In this document: in pieces, positions 1 to 8,920 of the stretch
How the letters are laid out: every line of letters begins with the position of its first letter
Numbering within the stretch: position 1 is the first letter of the stretch
From: a virus
Taxonomy: Duplodnaviria > Caudoviricetes
Virus record (IMG/VR): IMGVR_UViG_3300027833_000011
Strand: one strand, 5' to 3'
Length of the DNA stretch: 64,000 nt
The notes under the pieces: model-generated
What the model was told of the DNA's origin: nothing
The model's input: only the letters and a program-made list of their open reading frames with translations
The model's database searches: none
Translations under genes and position numbers: made by a program

Positions 1-114
1 TATTATCCCGATTCGACTACAGAGGCAGAAGAAACATTATTTCTTAGTTTATTAACAGACTGGATTTACGAAAATAATTAAAAATAACCCTTTCATTTCT
101 CTTGGTGTTAAAGG

Positions 115-318
115 TTATTTAACTTCAATAAGTTCAGGTGTTTGAAACCAAAAACGAACAGGGTACTGCTCACCTATATTGCTTGAAACTTCCCATTTGG
201 CAGTTGGTATATCATAAATACCTATACCCGTCACCCAAGTATCATTAAAGTTATTCCACATTTTCACAATACACTCAAAGGTGTTTGATGGTAGTTCATT
301 TTTTACATCTTTCCACAT
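115..318 (-). CDS. hypothetical protein
   Basis: 67-aa ORF bounded by junction motifs. Confidence 0.7.
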   Translation of the reverse strand: MWKDVKNELPSNTFECIVKMWNNFNDTWVTGIGIYDIPTAKWEVSSNIGEQYPVRFWFQTPELIEVK

Positions 319-321
319 AAT

Positions 322-543
322 CTATTTCTCTTTTGTTTTAAAGATTTTGTCCCAACATTTCTCAATGCTACGCTCAAGGTTTATTCTGCAATCTCGCTCA
401 TACTCCCAAGCAAACTCACACATTGCCTCTTTCTCTTTCTCAAGCATTGATATAACTTTTTCTTCAATCAATCTTGCTGTGTCTAAATCCATTGGTAGGG
501 TTACTCTAACCCATTCCAACATTTCTTGCATTGGTGTTTTCAT
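322..543 (-). CDS. hypothetical protein ending FKTKEK
   Basis: 73-aa ORF; its ATG is supplied by the junction motif. Confidence 0.75.
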   Translation of the reverse strand: MKTPMQEMLEWVRVTLPMDLDTARLIEEKVISMLEKEKEAMCEFAWEYERDCRINLERSIEKCWDKIFKTKEK

Positions 544-562
544 TTCTCTTTGGTGTTAAAGG

Positions 563-937
563 TTATTTCTCCTCCAACTTAATATATGATTCTAAACATT
601 TTACCATATACTTAAACGTTGAGGGTTTCATCAAGTATTTGTATTTATATGCTTCTATCAATCCAACCATCCATGCATCCAACTCAACATGGAAGATGCT
701 ATATTCTGTGTGGTGAAAATCTTCCATATTAGGGCTAATGCAGTGTCCAAGTTCATGGAAGAATGATGCAATTTCTTCATCCTTGTTATCATATACACCA
801 ACCCATATTTCATCTCTGCCAGCACAAGCTGATTCGTTTAAGTAAGCATCGGGCCCATTTGCATTCCACCACTTATCACCGCGTTCTACTTTGTAAACTG
901 TAATCCCGTATCGAAGACCTATCTCTTGATAATTCAT
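563..937 (-). CDS. small HExxH (zincin-like) protein
   Basis: FFHELGH followed by a downstream E (ELDAW). Confidence 0.6.
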   Translation of the reverse strand: MNYQEIGLRYGITVYKVERGDKWWNANGPDAYLNESACAGRDEIWVGVYDNKDEEIASFFHELGHCISPNMEDFHHTEYSIFHVELDAWMVGLIEAYKYKYLMKPSTFKYMVKCLESYIKLEEK

Positions 938-1359
938 TTCTCTTTGGTGTTAAAGGTTTTTGTTTGTTGTACCATATGCAAAGCAAGTGTCATAAACCGA
1001 TTCACTTGTTCTTGGTTTGGTAGTTCTTCCTCCCACTGAATTTCACGGATGGATTCAAATGTATCACACACACTACAAGAGCCATAAGCCACTTCAGTGA
1101 ATATGTAGTCCGTTAGTGAGGGTTGGTAAGAACCATTACAAAGTACAAATATCTGAGTGCCTTGATAGTCTCCATCATCAATGCATTGGTATCTGTTCCA
1201 ATCCCACTCGTAAGCACCATAACTATCTAATGGTTCGGTAATCACTAAACCAAATAGTTTCTTATAAATATCCTCATACGATGAAGGCATATTATTAGTT
1301 AGCCATTCTTCAAGAATATACTTACGCTCTTCCCATTGTTTTACAAATTCTAAAATCAT
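934..1359 (-). CDS. hypothetical protein ending FNTKEK
   Basis: 141-aa ORF with ATGA overlaps at both ends. Confidence 0.8.
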   Translation of the reverse strand: MILEFVKQWEERKYILEEWLTNNMPSSYEDIYKKLFGLVITEPLDSYGAYEWDWNRYQCIDDGDYQGTQIFVLCNGSYQPSLTDYIFTEVAYGSCSVCDTFESIREIQWEEELPNQEQVNRFMTLALHMVQQTKTFNTKEK

Positions 1360-1538
1360 TTCTCTTTGGTGTTAGATGTTATTATAAATGGCGGTTCATA
1401 TGGATTCCTAGTTTCATTTGGATAATAAGGATTATAAGGGTAATATGTTACCTGATTTTGTGAAAGTAGTATTACGGCCTCTTCAGCAGTAATATGACTG
1501 TCCTCTAATAATCTTTGAACTATTTCTGATTTACTCAT
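1356..1538 (-). CDS. hypothetical protein ending SNTKEK
   Basis: 60-aa ORF with an ATGA overlap at its 3' end; its ATG is supplied by the junction motif. Confidence 0.75.
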   Translation of the reverse strand: MSKSEIVQRLLEDSHITAEEAVILLSQNQVTYYPYNPYYPNETRNPYEPPFIITSNTKEK

Positions 1539-1550
1539 CTCTCTTTGGTG

Positions 1551-2129
1551 TTAAAGTTTTCTGTGAAGTTCCATTTCGTAACTAATACGTCTTACCCATT
1601 TTTCATCATATAATGGAGTTAACCCAATACCTTTGTATTGTATTTCCTGTACAAAATCTAATTCACTTTCAGGGGTATTAATATAAGAAACTGTATACGT
1701 AAAATCAGTTATTTTAGGAACCTCTTTAGAATTAAACCTATGGTCATGTATAAACCCTTTTTTCTCATCGAACGTAACTAAGATATTATGATTTAAGTCT
1801 GTTGGGAAACAATCAAAATTATTGGAATCGTTATAAATGTCATCGACATCTTCAACTTCTGAAATATCAAAATTAAGGACCTCAACACCGTCAGAATTTT
1901 CAACAGTGATAGTGGTTTTTTTTTCGTAATCTAACGGTTTTGAAACGGACCATATATCTCTATTTGTTAGGTCTGAACCGATTACATCCTCAATACTATC
2001 ACCAATAACATTAATATCATCAATGTCCATTTCATCCATATAATCATATATGGTATCCACTTCGTCATCGGTCAAACTATAAGCCGACGAAACTACTTCT
2101 CTACCGTAAATTCTAACTCTGTAATCCAT
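1551..2129 (-). CDS. hypothetical acidic protein, paralog of 10635-11210
   Basis: Similar N-terminus (YxVxIxG..EVV), central DEKxG and C-terminal Y-x-G/D-x-x-L. Confidence 0.75.
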   Translation of the reverse strand: MDYRVRIYGREVVSSAYSLTDDEVDTIYDYMDEMDIDDINVIGDSIEDVIGSDLTNRDIWSVSKPLDYEKKTTITVENSDGVEVLNFDISEVEDVDDIYNDSNNFDCFPTDLNHNILVTFDEKKGFIHDHRFNSKEVPKITDFTYTVSYINTPESELDFVQEIQYKGIGLTPLYDEKWVRRISYEMELHRKL

Positions 2130-2178
2130 TTATTTATTGTTTGTTATTAGGCTAATATAATTAAAAAGTTAACACCAC

Positions 2179-2568
2179 CTATTTTAAATTGTATTTTTCT
2201 TTAACACGTTGACTGATAGGTATTGCTTCACCCTGTTCATCTATCCTAACAAACTTAATATTAGTAGCTAAAATTATTGCTTGTCTCCCATCATATACGT
2301 TGTGACTCCTAGCTTCAACCTTCAGTGTTACCGAAGTTCGACCAATTTGTTCTACATCACCATAAATTTTAAGTAGATGTCCTTCTTTCGCTGGTTTCTT
2401 AAACACACATTCATCAATAAGAACTGTAACCATTCTTGGTGTGTCACATATTTGAGATGCGAACGCAGCACCTGCAGCATCTACCCATGCTAATAATTTA
2501 CCTCCAAATAAGTTTCCGTGAAATCCTAAGTCTGATTTCTTAACGGGGTGTGTTGATATTAATTCCAT
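2179..2568 (-). CDS. acyl-CoA thioesterase, hotdog fold (YciA-like)
   Basis: DLGFHGNLFGGKLLAWVDAAG; GRTSVTLKVE; FVRIDEQG. Confidence 0.9.
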   Translation of the reverse strand: MELISTHPVKKSDLGFHGNLFGGKLLAWVDAAGAAFASQICDTPRMVTVLIDECVFKKPAKEGHLLKIYGDVEQIGRTSVTLKVEARSHNVYDGRQAIILATNIKFVRIDEQGEAIPISQRVKEKYNLK

Positions 2569-2658
2569 TGAACAAATATACTACAAAGACGAGATTCTTT
2601 CAATAGTAATATTGTTTATTTCTTTAAAAAACCATATATTTGTAAAAAGATTAAAGTA

Positions 2659-2907
2659 ATGATTAGAGAATGGAACGATAGTATCATATTTGAGTTTGAT
2701 AACGGATACCGTGTAAGTTTTAAATATGTCCGTAGTCATAGTGTTGCGGTACCAACAAGAGTCAAACCTGAAGTTATAGGACCTAAAAGCCAATACCTAA
2801 CTTCTAATTTTGTCGAAATAAATAAGACATATAATTCAAATGAATTGTCTAAACTTTTAGAGGTTGTTAGGAACCTTGATAAAAACCAAGAAATTAATAT
2901 ATTATAA
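2659..2907 (+). CDS. hypothetical protein
   Basis: 82-aa ORF, first of a tightly packed plus-strand run. Confidence 0.6.
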   Translation: MIREWNDSIIFEFDNGYRVSFKYVRSHSVAVPTRVKPEVIGPKSQYLTSNFVEINKTYNSNELSKLLEVVRNLDKNQEINIL

Positions 2908-2908
2908 T

Positions 2909-3157
2909 ATGGAAGATAACAAAACACAATTTTCAATGTTTCAGGACAAAGTAAAATTTGACGACCCTGTAGAGTTAAAAGAGTATATAAGAAATGGAGA
3001 CGGACCTGTAATTATACAATTCTTAGTGAGTATTTTAGAAACCTCAAATAAGAATGGTTCATTCTCTATCGCAGAATCGGTCATTATGTCAGAAGTTTTA
3101 GAAAGAGCATCTGCACTATTGGCGTTAATCACAACAAAACAAAATAAAGATGAATAA
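2909..3157 (+). CDS. hypothetical protein
   Basis: Start reassigned to the ATG at 2909, right after the upstream stop. Confidence 0.6.
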   Translation: MEDNKTQFSMFQDKVKFDDPVELKEYIRNGDGPVIIQFLVSILETSNKNGSFSIAESVIMSEVLERASALLALITTKQNKDE

Positions 3158-3272
3158 AGATAAGAAAAGTTTTAGTAAGAAAGCCGGTAATTTAGCACTA
3201 ATAGGTTTAGGTTTATACCTATTCAAAACATTAGGGGATAAACTAGTTAAAACCTCTAACAATAATGAGTAA
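3150..3272 (+). CDS. 40-aa membrane peptide MNKDKKSFSKKAGNLALIGLGLYLFKTLGDKLVKTSNNNE
   Basis: Translated by hand; overlaps both neighbours by 8 nt; basic N-terminus then a hydrophobic stretch. Confidence 0.6.
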   Translation: MNKDKKSFSKKAGNLALIGLGLYLFKTLGDKLVKTSNNNE

Positions 3273-3462
3273 CGACACTATCGATGAGGGTCATTATTTA
3301 GAATTCATTGATAGGCTTCACGTTGTGTCTTGTATGATTGATGAACACCTATTGGGACATCCCTTAACAACTGTAGAGAAAAAAGCTAAGAAACGGATAT
3401 CTAAAGCCTTAGACCTAATTCAAGACACATACCAAGAAATTGGTTCAAAAATGACAATATGA
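3265..3462 (+). CDS. hypothetical protein
   Basis: 65-aa ORF in the packed run. Confidence 0.65.
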   Translation: MSNDTIDEGHYLEFIDRLHVVSCMIDEHLLGHPLTTVEKKAKKRISKALDLIQDTYQEIGSKMTI

Positions 3463-3572
3463 TATGTAAGTGTAATACACCAATGGTCTTGATAGGTAAT
3501 TCAGATTACAATAAATGTTGGACTTGTAATAAGTGTGGTAAAACTGATTACTACTACGAAAAAGATAAGTAG
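3459..3572 (+). CDS. 37-aa zinc-ribbon miniprotein
   Basis: MICKCNTPM...WTCNKCGK; ATGA overlap upstream and abuts the next ATG. Confidence 0.65.
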   Translation: MICKCNTPMVLIGNSDYNKCWTCNKCGKTDYYYEKDK

Positions 3573-3776
3573 ATGTTTTGGGTTAGTATGTATTTGATTG
3601 TTGGTACCATATTTATGGCGTACTTAGATTATTCCTTAAAAGATATGGAAGAATGGTCTGATGAAGAACCGATTAAGTTTTCTAACACTGACAGGGTCAA
3701 AATCATAGGTTTATGGCCAATTTCTATTTGCGTTTATATTTATAGTATAATAAAGACAATTAAAGAATCGGATTAA
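3573..3776 (+). CDS. small membrane protein
   Basis: Two hydrophobic segments; LWP motif. Confidence 0.7.
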   Translation: MFWVSMYLIVGTIFMAYLDYSLKDMEEWSDEEPIKFSNTDRVKIIGLWPISICVYIYSIIKTIKESD

Positions 3777-3777
3777 T

Positions 3778-4986
3778 ATGGCATCTAAGGTAATTAAATT
3801 GACAGAGTCAGACCTTAAACTTATTGTGAGTAATATTTTAAAGGAACAACAAGAAAAAGTGTATAGTGATTATGACACTAAATATGATTATAAAGTGTCT
3901 AAAGGTAATTGGGTTGCGAGTAAAAAAGGTGAAAATAAATGGTTCTCCCTTTCAAAGTATCCTAAATCAATTATTAAATTAGATAGTGCATATCCTAAGG
4001 CACGTAAATCTATATCTGACAAAACATCTATTTCAAAAGATACATCTATTTCAAAAGATAAACCCACTAACAATAGTGTTTTTAAATCAAAGGAAGAGGG
4101 TGATGTATTTAGAGGATGGATGAATAAATATTACCCCAAAACCTCAAAAAAGTTACAGTTAGACATTACAGGTAAGTTCGATAATAGTTATATTAGAAAG
4201 GCGTTAAACAGTAAAGTTAAACGTAAAGATGGTAGTATAACTACCTTTGGGGTGTTATATGCTGAAAAACACTTAAAAAAGACTGACCCTTCTTCATTTG
4301 ACAGAGTCTTAGACCTAATAGGTTGGAATGAAGATAAAGAATCGATTAAGAAGGATAATAACTTTATTTTAACACAACAAATAGATAAGACTAAAGTAGC
4401 TGCAGATACTATTAAGGTTAATAATATATCACAATCTAAAAAAGTGTCCGACATTATGAGTTACGATAAAGATGATTGTGCCACTTTTGTTAATGACTTT
4501 ACTACAACAGTAGGGACCGTCGGTGATGCGTGGTTATCACATGACATAGACGCAGCCGGTAAAAGAGTACACTCAATTTATACCAAAATTGATAACAACG
4601 ATGTTAAAAAATATAAGGACTTATATCAAAGGTTATTAAAGGGTGAATCCGTTGTGTCAGATATTAAATCATTCAACGAGGAACTACTACAAAAAGGCCC
4701 TAAACCAACAGACTTAAAACTTAATGATATTGTTGGTATTTACTACGAACCTTCAACAAACCATGAGAAAGCGTTTAAAAACGCGGGTAATGATTATTTC
4801 GTGGATGGTGACCCTAAACAACCTGGTACAGTTTTAAAAGGTGGTAGAGGATTCTCATTCAATACTCACGTAGGTATTGTAGGTGCATTTAAAAACGGAA
4901 CACCTATAGTCTTCCATAATGTGCACGGTACAATATATTCGGAACCGGCAAATAAGTTATCCATTACTTGGGTAAAAAGAACATAG
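3778..4986 (+). CDS. putative virion-associated NlpC/P60/CHAP-like amidase
   Basis: N-terminal KVIKLTESDL...ILKEQ tag; C-terminal DCATFV ... HVGIV ... IVFHN (Cys-His-His arrangement). Confidence 0.6.
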   Translation: MASKVIKLTESDLKLIVSNILKEQQEKVYSDYDTKYDYKVSKGNWVASKKGENKWFSLSKYPKSIIKLDSAYPKARKSISDKTSISKDTSISKDKPTNNSVFKSKEEGDVFRGWMNKYYPKTSKKLQLDITGKFDNSYIRKALNSKVKRKDGSITTFGVLYAEKHLKKTDPSSFDRVLDLIGWNEDKESIKKDNNFILTQQIDKTKVAADTIKVNNISQSKKVSDIMSYDKDDCATFVNDFTTTVGTVGDAWLSHDIDAAGKRVHSIYTKIDNNDVKKYKDLYQRLLKGESVVSDIKSFNEELLQKGPKPTDLKLNDIVGIYYEPSTNHEKAFKNAGNDYFVDGDPKQPGTVLKGGRGFSFNTHVGIVGAFKNGTPIVFHNVHGTIYSEPANKLSITWVKRT

Positions 4987-4994
4987 TAATTAAG

Positions 4995-5783
4995 ATGGGT
5001 AAAAAAATCATTAAACTGACCGAGTCAGAATTATACGAAATCGTTAATAATATAATTAAGGAACAGAAACCTGACCATTTAATGCCGGGTCAACCTGATA
5101 ATCCAATGAATCCGCTCTGGACCAAAATGAATGTCTCCATAGAAAAGGCTAAATCAAAATACAAATGTGTTCCTGAACAATTCAGATATCCTGTAGATGT
5201 GTTAATAGAAAGAGGATACAGTAAATTGTGGGTTAAAGTCGCTTTAGGTATCGTTGGTAGAGAATCTTCATTTTCTTCAGGTGCTAGATATAATGTTACC
5301 AATTTTATGAAACAAATAGGTAGTATGGTTGGGTATGATACCTCTTTAGGTCCTGCACAGATGAAAGGGTCCACTGCTAAAGATTTAGGTATTACAGAGA
5401 ATGAATTGTTTACCGATTTAGGAGCATTAGACGCGGCATATAAACTTATCAAAAGAAACTTTAAAGAAGCACGTAATAATGGTTATGATGAAAATAAATC
5501 TAATCTAGGTGTTAAAGGAACAGGTAATGCCACGTTAGATATTGCCATTGGTTCATATAACTTAGGACCAAAAGTTATGGGTCCTTGGTGTGAATCAATA
5601 GACCCTGAAAGGAAACAAAAAGGGTTAAAAACAAAATGCTCTAAAATCCCTAAAGAACAACAGGTACCTGTTAAGAACTACATACCTAACTTCCATACTG
5701 AAAGATGGGACGGTGTAGATATCACATCACACGGATATATTTTAGAAGTGGCTGATTGGGTTAGGAAAATGAATTGTTTCTAA
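4995..5783 (+). CDS. lytic transglycosylase (SLT-like)
   Basis: IVGRESSF (catalytic E-S), GPAQMK, AIGSYNLGP; same KIIKLTESEL...IIKEQ tag; start reassigned to 4995. Confidence 0.75.
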   Translation: MGKKIIKLTESELYEIVNNIIKEQKPDHLMPGQPDNPMNPLWTKMNVSIEKAKSKYKCVPEQFRYPVDVLIERGYSKLWVKVALGIVGRESSFSSGARYNVTNFMKQIGSMVGYDTSLGPAQMKGSTAKDLGITENELFTDLGALDAAYKLIKRNFKEARNNGYDENKSNLGVKGTGNATLDIAIGSYNLGPKVMGPWCESIDPERKQKGLKTKCSKIPKEQQVPVKNYIPNFHTERWDGVDITSHGYILEVADWVRKMNCF

Positions 5784-5784
5784 T

Positions 5785-6489
5785 TTATTTGAAATTACCG
5801 TAAATGTAAGTTGTTGGAGTTTTTATTCCTACTTCTTTTTTAATAACATCAGGAACTGAAGCGAATTTAACTTCACCATTATTCCCTGAGAATTTGTAAT
5901 CCACAGACGTACCACCGTCAAGTAATATTCCATCAATAATATCATATCTCTTAGAAAAGTCTAATAACTCTTTAATAGTGACAAATCCGATTCTATTAGA
6001 CGATACAATGATTATATCTCCATTACTATTTTGACCCATTAAAGTTCTGTATCTTTTTTGTTTTGCGTGATTCTTAGAAATTAAATCTTCATTCACTTTA
6101 CCATTATCAATACCCCATAAAATCGTCTGTGACGAGTATTCGGTCATATACGGACACTTTTTAGCGCTTACGTATGGTTTACCATTTTTAACGTAAAAGA
6201 ATCCACCACCTTTAACTCTACGACTTTTTCTCTTACGGTCGATTATCACTAAACCGATAGCCGCTTCAGTTGTGAAGAAGTTACTGTTAATATAGAAATC
6301 ACTATTATCAGGTCGAGTCTCAGAAACCCCAAACTCCATTTCCCCGTTTTCTATTTTTACTATATTATATAGTAAATCACTAAAAACCTTAGTTTTGTAT
6401 TTTTCATTTATTTTACTTACTGACCCACTTAGGAATCCAAAAGAAATTATTAAAAGTATTGTTTGTTTTATCATACTGTAAAGATACAT
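5785..6489 (-). CDS. phosphodiester glycosidase (NAGPA) family protein
   Basis: INSNFF, RYRTLMG, ILLDGGTS; N-terminal signal peptide. Confidence 0.75.
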   Translation of the reverse strand: MYLYSMIKQTILLIISFGFLSGSVSKINEKYKTKVFSDLLYNIVKIENGEMEFGVSETRPDNSDFYINSNFFTTEAAIGLVIIDRKRKSRRVKGGGFFYVKNGKPYVSAKKCPYMTEYSSQTILWGIDNGKVNEDLISKNHAKQKRYRTLMGQNSNGDIIIVSSNRIGFVTIKELLDFSKRYDIIDGILLDGGTSVDYKFSGNNGEVKFASVPDVIKKEVGIKTPTTYIYGNFK

Positions 6490-6521
6490 AATTAAATTGA
6501 AACTACAAAGTTAAATGATAT

Positions 6522-6854
6522 CTAAATTGACATCATCCAACCTAATCTGTTCATCCTTTCAGCTTGACTATATTTCGCCTTATACATTGACTTAGTATCA
6601 ACATACATACCCTCCATACGAAAGCAATGACCCTTACCTTCTACTTTGTTAGGAACCGTAAGGTATTCACGTTTGTCCTCATCCCAAAGAGCCCAATGAG
6701 CTTTAGTCTCCATTTCCTTTGCTCTTTTAACCGCTTCACGTTTGTTGGGTGCCCATACATCGTTGAAACCCGTAGTAGTACCGTTCTCATTAATCCAATT
6801 GAATTGGTAGTTGTACTCCCCTAAATTATTACGCCATAATTTTTCTCTTGCCAT
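6522..6854 (-). CDS. hypothetical protein
   Basis: 110-aa ORF with an upstream TATCTTTG box. Confidence 0.7.
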   Translation of the reverse strand: MAREKLWRNNLGEYNYQFNWINENGTTTGFNDVWAPNKREAVKRAKEMETKAHWALWDEDKREYLTVPNKVEGKGHCFRMEGMYVDTKSMYKAKYSQAERMNRLGWMMSI

Positions 6855-6899
6855 ATCTTGTCTTATTTTGATACTACAAAGATAAACAAAAAAAGGATA

Positions 6900-7451
6900 C
6901 TACCAAGGATTTTTTTTGTTAAAATCCATAAAAGAAATACCATTCTTATCTTTGTCAGATAGGATAAGGTCTTTCAGGTCTTTAAGTGGTAAGTTGATAT
7001 CTTCGTCTGTGTAGTCGATACAGACTTCGTGTTCTTTATCGTAAAGGTTAGTACATTTATACACTACAATAGAATCATCTTCTAACGTATAAAAGGCGTG
7101 TCCAAATCCAGGAGGTATCCAAAATTGATTCCCTTTATCTCCGTCTAAGATTACTGATTCCCATTGTCCGTAAGTGTCTGAAGTTCTTCTAAGGTCTATT
7201 GCGAAATCAATAACTTTACCTTTAACAACTCTCACTAATTTACCTTGAGTATATGGTGGTAATTGACAATGTATCCCTCTAAAGACACCTTTTTTTGATG
7301 TTGATTGATTTTCTTGAATAAACTTATAATTGAATCCATTTTTTTCTAATAATATCTGACTATAAGTCTCTGAGGATACTCCTCTTTCGTCTTTATGTTG
7401 TATAGGGGTAAACTCTACAGGTCCCTCGATAAATGTTTTTCTGAATTTCAT
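6900..7451 (-). CDS. rfbC: dTDP-4-dehydrorhamnose 3,5-epimerase
   Basis: DERG, QENQSTSKKGVFRGIH, QGKLVRVVKG, DLRRTS, WIPPGFGHAF, LSDKD. Confidence 0.95.
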   Translation of the reverse strand: MKFRKTFIEGPVEFTPIQHKDERGVSSETYSQILLEKNGFNYKFIQENQSTSKKGVFRGIHCQLPPYTQGKLVRVVKGKVIDFAIDLRRTSDTYGQWESVILDGDKGNQFWIPPGFGHAFYTLEDDSIVVYKCTNLYDKEHEVCIDYTDEDINLPLKDLKDLILSDKDKNGISFMDFNKKNPW

Positions 7452-7500
7452 AACTTAATTGGTTTATACAAAAATAGTATATTTTTAATTATATTAAAGA

Positions 7501-8178
7501 CTAAACCACAGTAAGAATTCTCTGTACTACTGTCGAGTCTGAAAATAATGGTTTGTCTAAAGATGATGTTAAGCTATCAATTTGAGGACAATAATAATCA
7601 TTTTCTAATCGATGGAAAATTAGTGAATGGTATGTGTCATTAGTCGGTAAATCAACGATAGAATCATCACCTAATTTCACCCATCCACTTTCTAAAAAAA
7701 TAGTATGTCTGAATATAATTTCATTACCAATATGTTTAGTCCATAATTTAGAAGTGTCTAATGGTAATATTTTAATTTCACCCACAACACTTTCCTCTTT
7801 AAATGTGGTGTACGTATCATAAAACTTTAACGTATGTAACGAATTTAAAGCACTATCCATACGTTTAGTATCCTCCTCTGTTAAATAGATATCAGGAACA
7901 TTGAAACTAACATTGAACATGTCTTCATAATAACTTAAGTATTTAAGAACTTTATTTATCCTACCACATACTTCACCCATTAAATACTCATAGGAAAAAC
8001 TTTTTCTAGTGGATATAAAATCAAATAAAGGATTGATTGTTGGTCTACCTGATGCGATAATAAGTGTCTCACCCAAACCTGTGTATTTTAAGGTAATTGC
8101 ATTCCCAACTAAAAAGGTCTCACCATATAATGACCTAAATAATGAATCAAACGACTTTTCCATTTTACTTATTTCCAT
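7501..8178 (-). CDS. hypothetical protein
   Basis: 225-aa ORF. Confidence 0.7.
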   Translation of the reverse strand: MEISKMEKSFDSLFRSLYGETFLVGNAITLKYTGLGETLIIASGRPTINPLFDFISTRKSFSYEYLMGEVCGRINKVLKYLSYYEDMFNVSFNVPDIYLTEEDTKRMDSALNSLHTLKFYDTYTTFKEESVVGEIKILPLDTSKLWTKHIGNEIIFRHTIFLESGWVKLGDDSIVDLPTNDTYHSLIFHRLENDYYCPQIDSLTSSLDKPLFSDSTVVQRILTVV

Positions 8179-8231
8179 ATTAATTAACTTGTCTTTAATA
8201 TAAATATACCAACATTGTGATATTTATATAT

Positions 8232-8561
8232 ATGAATCAAAAAGATAGAGACAGATTAAAAGAGCGTGAGTTTTTAAGTTTAATTAAAAACGCTAGTAGA
8301 AATAGACTTATAATTACATCGGTTGTGTTATTAACCTTTTTACTTATTATGGGTGGTATTGGAATGGCTCTTTTAGGTGATACCAATCCGATAGACCAAG
8401 AATGGAAAGAAATTCTTTTATTGGTATTAGGTGCGTTCATCGCGTCTTATGGTAAAATAATAGATTTTTGGTTTCAAAAAGACAATCAGGTTGAGAGAGA
8501 ACTAATCGACGCAGCCGAAGGAGATGACGATTGTAAAGATTGTGATAAAAAAGATTGTTAA
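8232..8561 (+). CDS. two-TM membrane protein (holin-like size and topology, unproven)
   Basis: Two hydrophobic helices, IIDFWF, charged C-terminus; TATTTATA at 8221. Confidence 0.65.
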   Translation: MNQKDRDRLKEREFLSLIKNASRNRLIITSVVLLTFLLIMGGIGMALLGDTNPIDQEWKEILLLVLGAFIASYGKIIDFWFQKDNQVERELIDAAEGDDDCKDCDKKDC

Positions 8562-8860
8562 GATAAAGAAATTTCGTTATCGATTTCGTCCGATATTGGT
8601 TGTAAGAACTCAATAATCATACTATCCACTTCAGTTTCCATATCAAACCCGAAAAACTTACATTCCCGTTTCATCTTATCGTTAACATCCATAATCTGAC
8701 CTTTAAGACTCATAAGTCTAGCCGAAATTTTATTAACCCTAGTTGGGTCAGTAACACCTAAAGATTTCAATTCCTCTCTAATTTGACGATATATATCTCC
8801 CCAGGTTTTTTCGTACCCCTTAATAACTAAGTAGTTGTATAGTTTTTCTTTTTTGTCCAT
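8558..8860 (-). CDS. hypothetical protein
   Basis: 100-aa ORF. Confidence 0.7.
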   Translation of the reverse strand: MDKKEKLYNYLVIKGYEKTWGDIYRQIREELKSLGVTDPTRVNKISARLMSLKGQIMDVNDKMKRECKFFGFDMETEVDSMIIEFLQPISDEIDNEISLS

Positions 8861-8883
8861 ATTAATAAATACATTCGTTTTAT

Positions 8884-8920
8884 AAAAAACGAGACCAGAA
8901 AGTAGCGAACTTCTGGTCTC
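8884..8920 (-). terminator. intrinsic terminator whose loop matches the 23S rRNA GTAGCGAA sequence (antisense)
   Basis: Perfect 10-bp stem GAGACCAGAA/TTCTGGTCTC (8891-8900/8911-8920); the U-tract is on the minus strand. Confidence 0.75.

Larger units (their letters stand above)
93..1558 (-). repeat. Six copies of a gene-junction motif, consensus (AAC)CTTTAACACCAAAGAGAAATGA on the minus strand
   Basis: Copies at 93-117, 322-343 (degenerate), 540-565, 934-958, 1356-1374 and 1535-1558. Each lies at a stop/start junction. Confidence 0.9.

Noticed and set aside
1-96. CDS starting at the motif ATG at 96 (minus strand)
   Set aside because: The frame closes after 14 codons. It may be a decayed cassette, but it is not supportable as a gene.
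4024-4059. 18-bp tandem duplication (TSISKD x2) as a regulatory repeat
   Set aside because: It is an in-frame linker duplication within a CDS with no sign of wider function.
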